From Octopus sinensis (lineage: Eukaryota): a stretch of 64,000 bases of DNA. Made by a program: the position numbers and the translations under genes. The DNA lies in contig NW_021836130.1 of assembly GCF_006345805.1 (NCBI RefSeq), positions 124,001 through 188,000 of the forward strand, given 5' to 3'. Of this stretch, positions 63,759-64,000 are shown piece after piece; within the stretch, counting starts at the first letter, position 1; each line of letters opens with the position of its first letter. The notes under the pieces are model-generated. The model searched no databases, was not told the DNA's origin, and saw nothing but the letters and a program-made list of their open reading frames with translations.

Positions 63759-64000
63759 TATATAATAGGTGTTAGGCCATTGCCACATACTAAAAAAGTG
63801 AAAAATGTTATAAATAAATAAAAAAGAATTATATAGTTCTGGTGGAGGTTGCTGATTTTTCTTAATTTTTGAGTGAGCCATCAAATTCCTTATGTCGAGA
63901 AGGACGTCCTTAATCCCACACTTCTGTTCCAATTCCTCAAGGTGGGGACCTCACTAGTAATAACCTGACTAATATAATCAGTTCTAACTTCCCCCGTCTC

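Overview
This is AT-rich eukaryotic (animal-like) DNA that is mostly transposon debris. The host genes have very small spliceosomal introns of about 25-33 nt. Host genes found are a divergent ARM-repeat protein (p120/delta-catenin-like), a PAR-bZIP factor, a CID/RPRD-like protein, Exo70, a CREB3-like membrane bZIP and aminoacylase-1. A head-to-tail duplication (8672-21017 / 21016-39208, GA microhomology at the junction) carries a short, divergent U1 snRNA gene in each copy. The two copies differ by five TE insertions, and their empty sites give exact ends. These are two Ginger-type TGT..ACA elements, a CRE retrotransposon, a DD35E Tc1 and an in-frame-deleted hAT. The main surprise is that the DNA transposons use the host micro-intron format. 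A near-intact Ginger integrase is split by five 25-30-nt introns, and three hAT transposases also carry such introns. Two unexplained structured-RNA candidates lie at about 55.9-56.5 kb. Intron size and TE load would fit a myxozoan or dicyemid parasite, which is inference only. Single-base homopolymer frameshifts suggest residual long-read errors.
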